Assembly: GCA_964348895.1 (NCBI GenBank)
Contig: CAYGEH010000001.1
Location: forward strand, 110,593-174,592
Direction: 5' to 3'
Source of the DNA: an uncultured Gammaproteobacteria bacterium
GTDB lineage: Bacteria > Patescibacteriota > Microgenomatia > 0-14-0-10-38-17
Length of the DNA stretch: 64,000 nucleotides
This document shows positions 18,639-26,998 of this stretch, piece after piece. A program made the translations under genes and the position numbers. The notes under the pieces are model-generated. The model saw only the letters and a program-made list of their open reading frames with translations, made no database searches and was not told the origin of the DNA. The stretch's first letter is position 1, and the number at the start of each line of letters is the position of its first letter.

Positions 18639-19906
18639 AGTTGGCTTAGTTTAAATCTAATGTTTTTCAGATAAAAAAGCAAAAGGCCAATTAGCAATAA
18701 AGAAAGAGTTAAGATGTTTGCTTTAACGATTTCTTCAACGCTACCGCGATTAAAATAAATTAAAACTACTTGGACGATAGCAAATAAAACTGATAAAAAA
18801 ATCGCCTTGGTTTGAAAAATTGATAGATAAAAGTTTAAGAATAACGAGCAAATGGCGTAAAGGGTTAGAAAAATAGCAAAGAGCCACAAGCTTGAGGCCG
18901 CCCCCAAATAAGCTGGACCAAAAAGAAGATTAACCATTAATTCGGGCAAATAAAAATAAATAACGCCTATGCCTAAAGAAATCAGCAGTATCAGCAAAAA
19001 GCTTAACCAAAAAATTTTTTGACAACTTTCTCCTTTTTGATGCTTTTGGGAAACTAAGGGAAACATCACTGAAATAATCGGACTGGAAGCAAAAAAAATA
19101 ATTTTCCCCAAAACCGAGAGGGCCGCATAATATCCTGCCTGAACAGGGGGCAGAAAATGTCTGGCTAAAATTATATCCACCGTAAAAAACGAAATTAAAG
19201 AAAGATTAGTAAAAAGAACCGCTATTGAATATTTTCCCATATTGCCAAAATAATTTTTGGGGACAGCTACCCCTTGCTTAAATATTGCTATGTATTTCTT
19301 TATCCTGCCTAACCCAAAGGCCCCGACCAATAAAGACGACAAAACCAAACCCATCACCGCTCCCCCCACCCTAAAGCCAAGATAAACTAGCAAAACCGAA
19401 ATAAAAAGTTTTAACCAAGAAGAAAAAATATTAAAAACAGCCAATTCCTTGAATTTCATTATTCCCTGAAGGGAGGAAGAAAAAAGAGCTACAAAAACGC
19501 CCAGATAAGCCGATAAACCTAAACCAAAAAAAAGCCAAAAGGATTCGATTCTTAAAAAATTTCTAAAAAGAGGAAAAAGGAGAAGAAAAAAGATGAACGC
19601 GAGCAAACCCCAGTAAAAAGCTTTGTTAAAAAACTTGGTTACAAACTGGCCAATCTTTTCTGAACTTCTTTCTCCAGAAATATATTTAACTATTACCACG
19701 TTAAAAACCATCATTGGAAGACCAAGATAATAAAGAATTGAAATGAGGCTTTGAAGAATACTATAGTCGGCTGGTCCAAGCAGTCTGCCCAGGGCCAAGT
19801 GGTAAAGATAGGCGCCTAAATTGGCCACCACAGATCCGCTAAGAACTATCAGGCTTCCGTTAAAAAATAAGTTATTTAAAAAAAGAGCTTGAAGTTTTGT
19901 TTTCAT
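18635..19906 (-). CDS. polysaccharide/oligosaccharide flippase (MOP/Wzx-like) membrane protein
   Basis: 423 aa with ~12 predicted TM helices. It lies at the head of the glycosylation operon. Confidence 0.55.
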   Translation of the reverse strand: MKTKLQALFLNNLFFNGSLIVLSGSVVANLGAYLYHLALGRLLGPADYSILQSLISILYYLGLPMMVFNVVIVKYISGERSSEKIGQFVTKFFNKAFYWGLLAFIFFLLLFPLFRNFLRIESFWLFFGLGLSAYLGVFVALFSSSLQGIMKFKELAVFNIFSSWLKLFISVLLVYLGFRVGGAVMGLVLSSLLVGAFGLGRIKKYIAIFKQGVAVPKNYFGNMGKYSIAVLFTNLSLISFFTVDIILARHFLPPVQAGYYAALSVLGKIIFFASSPIISVMFPLVSQKHQKGESCQKIFWLSFLLILLISLGIGVIYFYLPELMVNLLFGPAYLGAASSLWLFAIFLTLYAICSLFLNFYLSIFQTKAIFLSVLFAIVQVVLIYFNRGSVEEIVKANILTLSLLLIGLLLFYLKNIRFKLSQL

Positions 19907-20134
19907 TATCTTTTAAAATAATGGCACTAAAGCCTATTTCCTTCTGTTTTCACACACATTATACAATGTATGGTCTTTTATTAACATCACCTTCTTTAAG
20001 CCAGAAAATTAGCAATAAAATAATAAAAAAAATTTAGGACGAGCAAAAAGGCTCTTTCTTTAAAAAGAAGTGGCCAGAGCTGTTTCGACAAAGATTAGAG
20101 GCCATTCCCTTAAGCTAAAATCTAGCCAGCCTTC

Positions 20135-20163
20135 TTGCTTGAAAATAGTAAAACTGATACAAT
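20135..20163 (+). promoter_or_regulatory. putative sigma70-like promoter TTGCTT-17-TACAAT
   Basis: Consensus-like hexamers with 17-bp spacing, ending ~10 nt before ATG 20174 (near-leaderless arrangement). Confidence 0.3.
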
Positions 20164-20173
20164 TTAAAATCGT

Positions 20174-20458
20174 ATGAGCCGAACAAACAAAAACTTAAAG
20201 GTTCTAAAAATTGCATCCTCAAAACAAAGCAACCACCCTGATTCTTGGGAAAAAATTCAAGCCTTAATCGAAAAAGAAGAAGCCAAAGAAGACTTAATTG
20301 ACATTCAAGAAGAAATAGAAAACGCCTTTCTTGAGACCATTAATTTTAATTGGCGACAAATGAGTTTCACCGAAAAAAAGCTGGCGATTCAGTTGGGCTG
20401 CCTGGTTAAAAATCTAAAAAAAGGCCTTGAAGAAGCTTTTGAAAAAAGCCTACATTAA
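20174..20458 (+). CDS. hypothetical small acidic protein
   Basis: 94-aa ORF with no motif. First gene of a + strand unit with the HIT and VirD4-like genes. Confidence 0.4.
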   Translation: MSRTNKNLKVLKIASSKQSNHPDSWEKIQALIEKEEAKEDLIDIQEEIENAFLETINFNWRQMSFTEKKLAIQLGCLVKNLKKGLEEAFEKSLH

Positions 20459-20471
20459 CCCCCATTAAAAA

Positions 20472-20873
20472 ATGGAAAAAAAGTGTGTTTTCTGTCAAAT
20501 TGCCAAAGGTAAAATACCCGCCCAGGTTATTTATGAAAATAAACAACTCCTTGCTTTCTTGGATAACCAACCCGAAGCCTCTGGTCATATTTTAATTATT
20601 CCTAAAGAACACTTTGCTACTCTTTTAGATGTCCCCGCAGATATTCTCACCAACCTTGTTCGAGTTTTACAAAAAATTGCCCAAAACATTGCTAATCAAT
20701 TACATCCCGACGGCTTTAATGTTTACCAAAACAGCGGCTCTTTCGCTGGACAAACCATCAATCATCTTCATTTTCATCTCATCCCTCGCTATCGCCAAGA
20801 TCCCTCAATCGACAAAAAAAATTTTCCTTTAATCGTTAAAACATTAAGAAAAGAAATAATAAGCTATGACTAA
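20472..20873 (+). CDS. HIT family (histidine triad) nucleotide hydrolase
   Basis: CVFC at the N-terminus and the canonical HLHFHLIPR histidine triad. Confidence 0.85.
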   Translation: MEKKCVFCQIAKGKIPAQVIYENKQLLAFLDNQPEASGHILIIPKEHFATLLDVPADILTNLVRVLQKIAQNIANQLHPDGFNVYQNSGSFAGQTINHLHFHLIPRYRQDPSIDKKNFPLIVKTLRKEIISYD

Positions 20874-22995
20874 ACAAGAACTTTCGTTTCTAGAAATTAA
20901 GATCCCCAAAAACAATCTTTACACCACGGAGCAAACAGAGGCTTTATTGGTCAATTTAACTAAATCGAAAAATGGTGGACTATTTTCCTCTCCTCAAACC
21001 GCTCTAAGTTTAAACATTATTTCCCAAGAACAAAGAGTTCACTTCTTTTTCGGTCTTCCCCAAGAAAAAACCAACTTCATTCAAAGTCAAATTTTGGCCC
21101 AATATCCCGACTCGCTAATAACTGTTGGCAAAAACCCTCTTCTCTCTTTACCTGAACTAAGAAAAGCTTGTTTTTGTCAATTAGTTTTGGCTAACGCTTA
21201 TTACTATCCCCTAAAAACCGCCGCTGATTTTACTGACACTAACCCCCTATCTTCAATTTTGGCTACCCTCTCCAAAATTAAACAACCCAAATCTTGGGCT
21301 GTTTATCAGTTAATTATTACTGGCAAAACAACAAGCGCTGCCAAAAAGATTAATAATAAAATTTTGGTTGGGGTTAAAAATGAAGACGGCAACTATCGCT
21401 CTCACCCCGATCAGTCTTTGTTTGAGAAAAAAATTAGCAAAGATTTACTTGTGACAACCATTAATCTTCTTGCTTCTGATAAAACTATTCTTGGCGAGCT
21501 TGCCGGCAGCTTTGGCTCTTTTACAAGCCCCGGTAGCAACAATTTAACCATTAAAAATCCGACCTTTTTAAATAAAAATAAAATCTATCAATCAATTATT
21601 AATCATCAGTCAAGCCAAAAAACCATTCTTAATCTTGCCGAAGCGGCTACCCTTTGGCATTTGCCAAACGAAAAGGTCACTTTGCCCAATATCGCTTGGG
21701 GAAGAACAATCACCACTGAATCTCCTAGTGATCTCCCTGTTGTCCAAAATCTTAGCGAAGAAGAGAAAAAAGATGTTTGTTTTTTTGCTCGAACTGAATA
21801 TAAAAATCAAATGGTTAATTTTGGCATTAAAAAAGCCGATCGCCGACTTCACTTTTATGCTATCGGTAAAACTGGCACCGGCAAATCAACCTTAATCGCC
21901 AATATGGCCATTTCTGATATTAGACGAGGACAGGGGGTTGCCGTAATTGATCCCCACGGAGACCTAATTGAAACTCTTCTAAACTATATTCCTTCAAATA
22001 GAATTAATGATGTTTGCTACTTTAATCCAGCCGATAAGGAATACACTTATCCTTTAAACCCCCTAGAAGTAACCAATAAAGAACAAAAAGAACTAGTTGC
22101 CTCTTCTATTTTAGCTATTTTCTTTAAACTCTATAGCTATTCTTGGGGTCCAAGACTGGAACACATTTTTCGCAACGCCCTTCTTACTCTGGTTGAAGTT
22201 CCCGATGTAACCCTGGTTAATGTCATTGACATTTTAACTAAAGAGGGCTACCGAAATAGCATCATCAAAACCCTAAACAATCCCTCTTTGGTTTCTTTCT
22301 GGCAAAATGAATACGGAAAAATGCCTGATCGGCTTCAACAAGAAGCCATTTCGCCAATTCTTAACAAAGTTGGTCAATTTATTTCCTCTCCTTCAATTAG
22401 AGAAATTATTGGCTGGCCTCGTTCTCGGGTTAATTTAGAAGAAATTATGAACGAAGGAAAAATTTTGTTGGCCGATCTCTCTGCGGGAAAACTTGGCGAA
22501 GATAACTCCGCTCTTTTAGGAGCAATGTTGATCACTCAAATTCAATTAGCGGCTATGAATAGGGTTAATGTCCCTGAAGAATCCCGCCGAGATTTTTATT
22601 TATTTGTTGATGAGTTTCAAAATTTTGCCACCACTTCTTTTATTAAAATTCTTTCCGAAGCGAGAAAGTATCGCCTTGCCTTAACTTTATCTAATCAATA
22701 TATGGCTCAACTTGATGAAAAAATTCAAAGTGCTATTTTTGGCAACATTGGCTCCCTGACTTCGTTTATTGTTGGCAATCAAGACGCTCAAGTTTTGGCC
22801 CGAGAAGTCGCCGACGACTATAATGAAAAAGATTTAATTTCCCTCGACCGTTTTCAAATTTTAACCAAGTTGGCAATTAACGGTCGAACCTCAAAGCCCT
22901 TTCTGGCCTACACTCTTCCTTTGCCTAATTGCATAAACCAAGGCAAAAATAAAGTTATTAACGCTTCTCGTCAACGCTTCGGTAAAAAAAGATAG
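20866..22995 (+). CDS. VirD4/TraD-like type IV secretion DNA-binding domain ATPase (coupling-protein family)
   Basis: Walker A YAIGKTGTGKST, Walker B LFVDEFQNF, ~700 aa. 8-bp overlap with the HIT gene. Confidence 0.6.
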   Translation: MTKQELSFLEIKIPKNNLYTTEQTEALLVNLTKSKNGGLFSSPQTALSLNIISQEQRVHFFFGLPQEKTNFIQSQILAQYPDSLITVGKNPLLSLPELRKACFCQLVLANAYYYPLKTAADFTDTNPLSSILATLSKIKQPKSWAVYQLIITGKTTSAAKKINNKILVGVKNEDGNYRSHPDQSLFEKKISKDLLVTTINLLASDKTILGELAGSFGSFTSPGSNNLTIKNPTFLNKNKIYQSIINHQSSQKTILNLAEAATLWHLPNEKVTLPNIAWGRTITTESPSDLPVVQNLSEEEKKDVCFFARTEYKNQMVNFGIKKADRRLHFYAIGKTGTGKSTLIANMAISDIRRGQGVAVIDPHGDLIETLLNYIPSNRINDVCYFNPADKEYTYPLNPLEVTNKEQKELVASSILAIFFKLYSYSWGPRLEHIFRNALLTLVEVPDVTLVNVIDILTKEGYRNSIIKTLNNPSLVSFWQNEYGKMPDRLQQEAISPILNKVGQFISSPSIREIIGWPRSRVNLEEIMNEGKILLADLSAGKLGEDNSALLGAMLITQIQLAAMNRVNVPEESRRDFYLFVDEFQNFATTSFIKILSEARKYRLALTLSNQYMAQLDEKIQSAIFGNIGSLTSFIVGNQDAQVLAREVADDYNEKDLISLDRFQILTKLAINGRTSKPFLAYTLPLPNCINQGKNKVINASRQRFGKKR

Positions 22996-23048
22996 AAATC
23001 TTACTTCAATATAGTATAATATCATCATAGTTATCACTATCGGTTTTT

Positions 23049-24584
23049 ATGTTATTTCTTAAAAAACAACTTTTTCCAATTAGTTTAAATTTAAACTTAA
23101 AGCTTCGCCCTGGCTGGAAGAAAGCTGGCTTGTTAATCCTATATTTCTTTCCATTAATCATGCTCGCTTTTTTGTTAATCAGACCTAATCTTCCCAAAAT
23201 GAATTGGCAGATGGCCTTTGAAAGATCAGCCAATTACTCTCCTCAAAATTATCAGCAAAACAAGGAGAGCCAGTTGCCTTGGCTCTCAACTTCGGGGCGA
23301 TTTATTGTTGACGAAGAAGGAAGACCTGTTATTTTGCGAGGAGTTAATGTTGCCAGCATTTCTTGGGGATATAAGGATTGGTTTCCAAAAGCCGTTGAGG
23401 TCGCAGCCAAAGACTGGGGGGTTAACGTCATTCGAGCCAGGGTTTATCAGGATAAATATTTCGAAAACCCAGAAGAGTTCTTTCAAATAATGGAAGAAAC
23501 TATTATTGGTCCAGCCAGAAAGCTTAATCTTTACATCATTCTTAATCCTTGGATTGGTGAAAATGAACCTCTGCCTAATGAACAAACCTTTATCTTCTGG
23601 CAAGAAATTGCTCGTCGCTATCAAAACGACCCGGCCATCATTTATGATGTTCTGGCTGAACCATATGATGTTAGTCGCGTCCAGGTTTGGGAGGCTAATA
23701 AAAAATTAATTGAAGCTATTCGTCAAGTTCATCCTAAAAGTTTGATTATGGTCACTGGGGTTGGTTGGGGAAGAGAAATTAACTCTTATCTTAATAACCC
23801 CCTACCTTATAAAAATATTGTTTATCGAACTAACCCCTACAATAAGACTGGTGAATTTGAAGCCATTTTTGGTCGAATTGCTCGCTTTTATCCAGTCTTT
23901 ATTGGCGAATTTGGAGCTGATGGTTTCCCTCCGATGACCCGAGAGTCGGTTGAAGAATTACTGTTGTTGGCCAACAAGCTTTCTTTGGGCTGGACAGCCT
24001 GGAACTTTCACTCTGTGGGTTGTCCCTGCTTGTTAACAGATCGTCAGTCTTATCAGCCTTCGGCTTATGGTCAGATTGTTAAAAACGCCCTGGGAGTGCC
24101 CTTAGCAGTCAATCAAAACAACCTAGAAATAAACTATAGTGCCGACAAAAAATTAATTATTTACTCCGACCACCTAGAAAATAATTTTCGCGATCTTTCC
24201 TGGGATGCTACAATCGATTTAGTCAATCAAGAACAAGCTTTTTCTGGTCAAAAATCAATTAAAACAGAAATTAATAAGGGTTGGGGGGCGCTTTATCTTT
24301 CTTCCTATCTTCCAATTGAAACGGAAAACCTTTCTTGGTTTAAATTTAAAATTAAAACTAATCAATTAAATCTTTATCGGACTAATTTAATAACAAACAA
24401 CAACAGCAGTTCTAATGAAGTAGCTCTTCTTCCTTGGTCTAAACATATTTCTGAAAATTGGTATCAAGTTGCAATTCCTCTTACCAACCTTATTAATAAA
24501 AACGAAAAAATTATCGGCCTTAACATAAAAGATTCTTCTGGTTCTCCTTCGCTTTTTTGGGTTGATGATATTTATCTAGAATAA
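23049..24584 (+). CDS. glycoside hydrolase family 5 protein with N-terminal membrane anchor and C-terminal accessory domain
   Basis: N-terminal TM helix, then a GH5-like (beta/alpha)8 region: RGVNV...NVIRARV, YDVLAEPYD (NEP-type acid/base) and FIGEFGADG (nucleophile Glu). Confidence 0.7.
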   Translation: MLFLKKQLFPISLNLNLKLRPGWKKAGLLILYFFPLIMLAFLLIRPNLPKMNWQMAFERSANYSPQNYQQNKESQLPWLSTSGRFIVDEEGRPVILRGVNVASISWGYKDWFPKAVEVAAKDWGVNVIRARVYQDKYFENPEEFFQIMEETIIGPARKLNLYIILNPWIGENEPLPNEQTFIFWQEIARRYQNDPAIIYDVLAEPYDVSRVQVWEANKKLIEAIRQVHPKSLIMVTGVGWGREINSYLNNPLPYKNIVYRTNPYNKTGEFEAIFGRIARFYPVFIGEFGADGFPPMTRESVEELLLLANKLSLGWTAWNFHSVGCPCLLTDRQSYQPSAYGQIVKNALGVPLAVNQNNLEINYSADKKLIIYSDHLENNFRDLSWDATIDLVNQEQAFSGQKSIKTEINKGWGALYLSSYLPIETENLSWFKFKIKTNQLNLYRTNLITNNNSSSNEVALLPWSKHISENWYQVAIPLTNLINKNEKIIGLNIKDSSGSPSLFWVDDIYLE

Positions 24585-24782
24585 GTCTTGTTCAGTCTAT
24601 TAAACTGTTATCCCATAGTCTTGATAGTTTGTGCCTTTTTTGCTACAATAGACTTAGATTGAGAGACGCTCCTATTTTGCTTAGGATGACTTTTCTCTCA
24701 ATCGCACCTTGACAGGACCGAAAGAAAAAAATTCTTTTTAATATTCTTTCGTCCCGAAAAGGGGTGAAATTTTTTTCACTCT

Positions 24783-24800
24783 TTTTGGGGCCGAAAGAAG
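24783..24800. repeat. left inverted repeat (ttttggggccgaaagaag) of the GC-rich cassette
   Basis: Reverse complement recurs at 25529..25545 with 15/16 identity over the core TTTTGGG(G)CCGAAAGA. CCGAAAG-type motifs also occur at ~24716 and ~24754. Confidence 0.5.
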
Positions 24801-24824
24801 AAAAAAGAAGAAAAAGGAGAGACA

Positions 24825-25511
24825 ATGAGAAAGAGAGAGAAAGAGAACAGCGGGTTCGATCCGGCTCCATTGCCGTGGTACTGGAAAAGGGTGTTGTTGG
24901 TGTTCCTCCTCGTTCTTGCGGCCGCCGCAACGGTACTAGGACTTGTTCTGGTACGCCCGTGGACACAAGGAGGGAGAAACAAAGCAGGGCTCATTGCCAC
25001 CACGACAACTGTCCATCCCGAGGCGGTCGTCGCGCAAACGACTCCAACGGTTGTTGTCTTGATGAAGACAGCGACTCCCGAGGCGGCCGTCGCCGTGCCG
25101 CAGACAGTAGTCTGCAGTGTACAGGTTCGACTCGACGAGGAGGACCCGTACTGGAGTAACGCTTCGGCGCTACTCCTTGTTGAAGGCTGGTGTGCTCTTG
25201 TAGAACGAGACCAGGCTTGGCAACAGGTCAGGGACGAAGAAGCTCTTCGAAAAACCTGGAAAGAAGGGGCCACAGAAGATTATCTTCTTTTGTGCAACCC
25301 TGGACCAGGGTCGAGGCTGTTCAACTTACAGGACTCCTTTGGAGGCCGGCCACCAGACTGGTGGAATGACCAGGCAAAGGCTGTTTTGCTCTTCCGCCTC
25401 CCTGGTGTGACTACCAGCGATGATCTAGTCATCGCCGTGTTGTACGAACACGACGATGACCAACTCGAAGAAGGATGGGAATTCCCCATTCTTCTCCCTC
25501 ACCAGAACTAG
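24825..25511 (+). CDS. hypothetical membrane-anchored Ala/Val/Thr-rich protein encoded in a GC-rich (~58% GC) segment
   Basis: 228-aa ORF with N-terminal TM helix WKRVLLVFLLVLAAAATVLGLVLV and very high GC3. An AGGAGA RBS sits 6 nt upstream. All other ORFs overlapping it are GC-driven artefacts. Confidence 0.5.
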   Translation: MRKREKENSGFDPAPLPWYWKRVLLVFLLVLAAAATVLGLVLVRPWTQGGRNKAGLIATTTTVHPEAVVAQTTPTVVVLMKTATPEAAVAVPQTVVCSVQVRLDEEDPYWSNASALLLVEGWCALVERDQAWQQVRDEEALRKTWKEGATEDYLLLCNPGPGSRLFNLQDSFGGRPPDWWNDQAKAVLLFRLPGVTTSDDLVIAVLYEHDDDQLEEGWEFPILLPHQN

Positions 25512-25528
25512 CACGCGTCAGCATCGCA

Positions 25529-25545
25529 TCTTTCGGCCCAAAAGG
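25529..25545. repeat. right inverted repeat (tctttcggcccaaaagg) of the GC-rich cassette
   Basis: Pairs with 24783..24800. Confidence 0.5.
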
Positions 25546-25665
25546 AAGGGGGATTAAGCGGGAAGCAATGAGCTTTCTGACAAAAGATTCATCACTTATG
25601 TGATGTTCTTTTTCAGAAGCTTATGCTTCTCGCTCCCCCGTCCGCCCTTAATTTTTAAACAAAAA

Positions 25666-26991
25666 ATGAAAAAGTTTATTGTGGTTATCTTAATTAGTTT
25701 TGTTCTGATTATTTCTTTTTTGCTGGTTAATTTTTATGGCTTTCTTTCTGGGTTCCTGTTCTTGGTGACCATTTTCCTGCTTTGTCAGGGCTCCTTTGCC
25801 ACTTACTCTATACTTTCCTCTTGGTTAAATCCAGAAAGTTTAAAAAAAATTTCTCCGCCAAAAGATTTCTCCCAAAATCGGCTATTCTTCTCCTTGATTA
25901 TTCCGGTTAGAAACGAGGAAAAAGTCATTGCCCAAACCTTGGCGGCAATGAAAAAAATTAACTACCCTCGCGATAAATATGAAATTATAATTACCGCTCG
26001 CGACGATGACACTAAAACTGTGGGAAAAATTTTGGAATCACTAAGCCACCTTCCTCCCACCTTTAATTTATTAGTTTGGGAAAACTTTCCCAATTCTAAG
26101 CCTCAAGGCTTAAACGCCGCCCTAAAATATACTCAAGGAGAAATTGTTGGCATCTTTGATGCTGAAGATGAACCTCATCCAGACATTTTAAACGCCGTTA
26201 ACACCACTTTTATAAACAAGAAGGTCGACATTGTTCAATCGGGAGTTCAGTTGGTTAATGTTGACTCTTATTGGTATTCTCCTCATAATTGTCTAGAATA
26301 CTATTTTTGGTTTAAATCGGTCTTGCCCTTTTTCTCCTCTTGGGGCGCTAACCCACTTGGGGGGAATACTGTTTTTTTTAAAAAAGCTATTGTTGGGGCT
26401 GCTGCTGGTTGGGATGAAGACTGTTTAACAGAGGACGCTGAGATTGGTGTTCGATTGTCGTCTTTGGGTAAAAAAACTGCCGTTATTTATGATGAAGAAA
26501 TAGCCACTAAAGAAGAAACTCCTCCTAGCTTGGGCGGCTTCATTCGCCAGCGAACTCGCTGGCATCAGGGGTTTTTTCAGGTTCTTTTAAAGGGAAACTG
26601 GAAAGATTTGAAAAATAATCGCCAAAAGGGAATTATTCTTTATCAAATGACTTATCCTTTTATGCAAATTTTTAATTCTTGCTGGCTTTTGATCACCCCC
26701 TTCTTGGCTTTTTTTACTAAAATTCCCCTAGGAATAGCTCTTTTTTCTTATCTCCCTGCTTATTTTTTCTTGATTCAATTGGGGGTTTCCTTAATCGGTC
26801 TTTATGAATTAAACAAAAACTATCAACTTAAGTTTTCACCTCTAGTTTATTTTAAGTTTTTGGTTTTCTTTTTTCCATATCAATTCGTTATTTCTTTGGC
26901 CACCCTAAGAGCAATCAAGAGGCAGTTGGCGGGATTAAATTTTTGGGAAAAAACTGAACACATTAACGCTCACCGAAAAGCTTTTTCTTAA
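25666..26991 (+). CDS. processive family-2 glycosyltransferase (cellulose/chitin-synthase-like, QxxRW class), integral membrane
   Basis: SLIIPVRNEE...DDD, DAED (DXD) and QRTRWHQG (QxxRW), with N- and C-terminal TM helices. MKKFIVV at 25666 is taken as the start; the ORF opens at 25600. Confidence 0.7.
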   Translation: MKKFIVVILISFVLIISFLLVNFYGFLSGFLFLVTIFLLCQGSFATYSILSSWLNPESLKKISPPKDFSQNRLFFSLIIPVRNEEKVIAQTLAAMKKINYPRDKYEIIITARDDDTKTVGKILESLSHLPPTFNLLVWENFPNSKPQGLNAALKYTQGEIVGIFDAEDEPHPDILNAVNTTFINKKVDIVQSGVQLVNVDSYWYSPHNCLEYYFWFKSVLPFFSSWGANPLGGNTVFFKKAIVGAAAGWDEDCLTEDAEIGVRLSSLGKKTAVIYDEEIATKEETPPSLGGFIRQRTRWHQGFFQVLLKGNWKDLKNNRQKGIILYQMTYPFMQIFNSCWLLITPFLAFFTKIPLGIALFSYLPAYFFLIQLGVSLIGLYELNKNYQLKFSPLVYFKFLVFFFPYQFVISLATLRAIKRQLAGLNFWEKTEHINAHRKAFS

Positions 26992-26998
26992 AAAGAAT

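Noticed and set aside
24643-25489. Multiple long ORFs on both strands overlapping the GC-rich segment (24643..24966-, 24764..25159+, 24776..25273-, 25280..25489-)
   Set aside because: High GC removes stop codons in all frames. Only 24825..25511 has an RBS, a start context and a coherent TM-plus-domain product, so the rest are treated as compositional artefacts.
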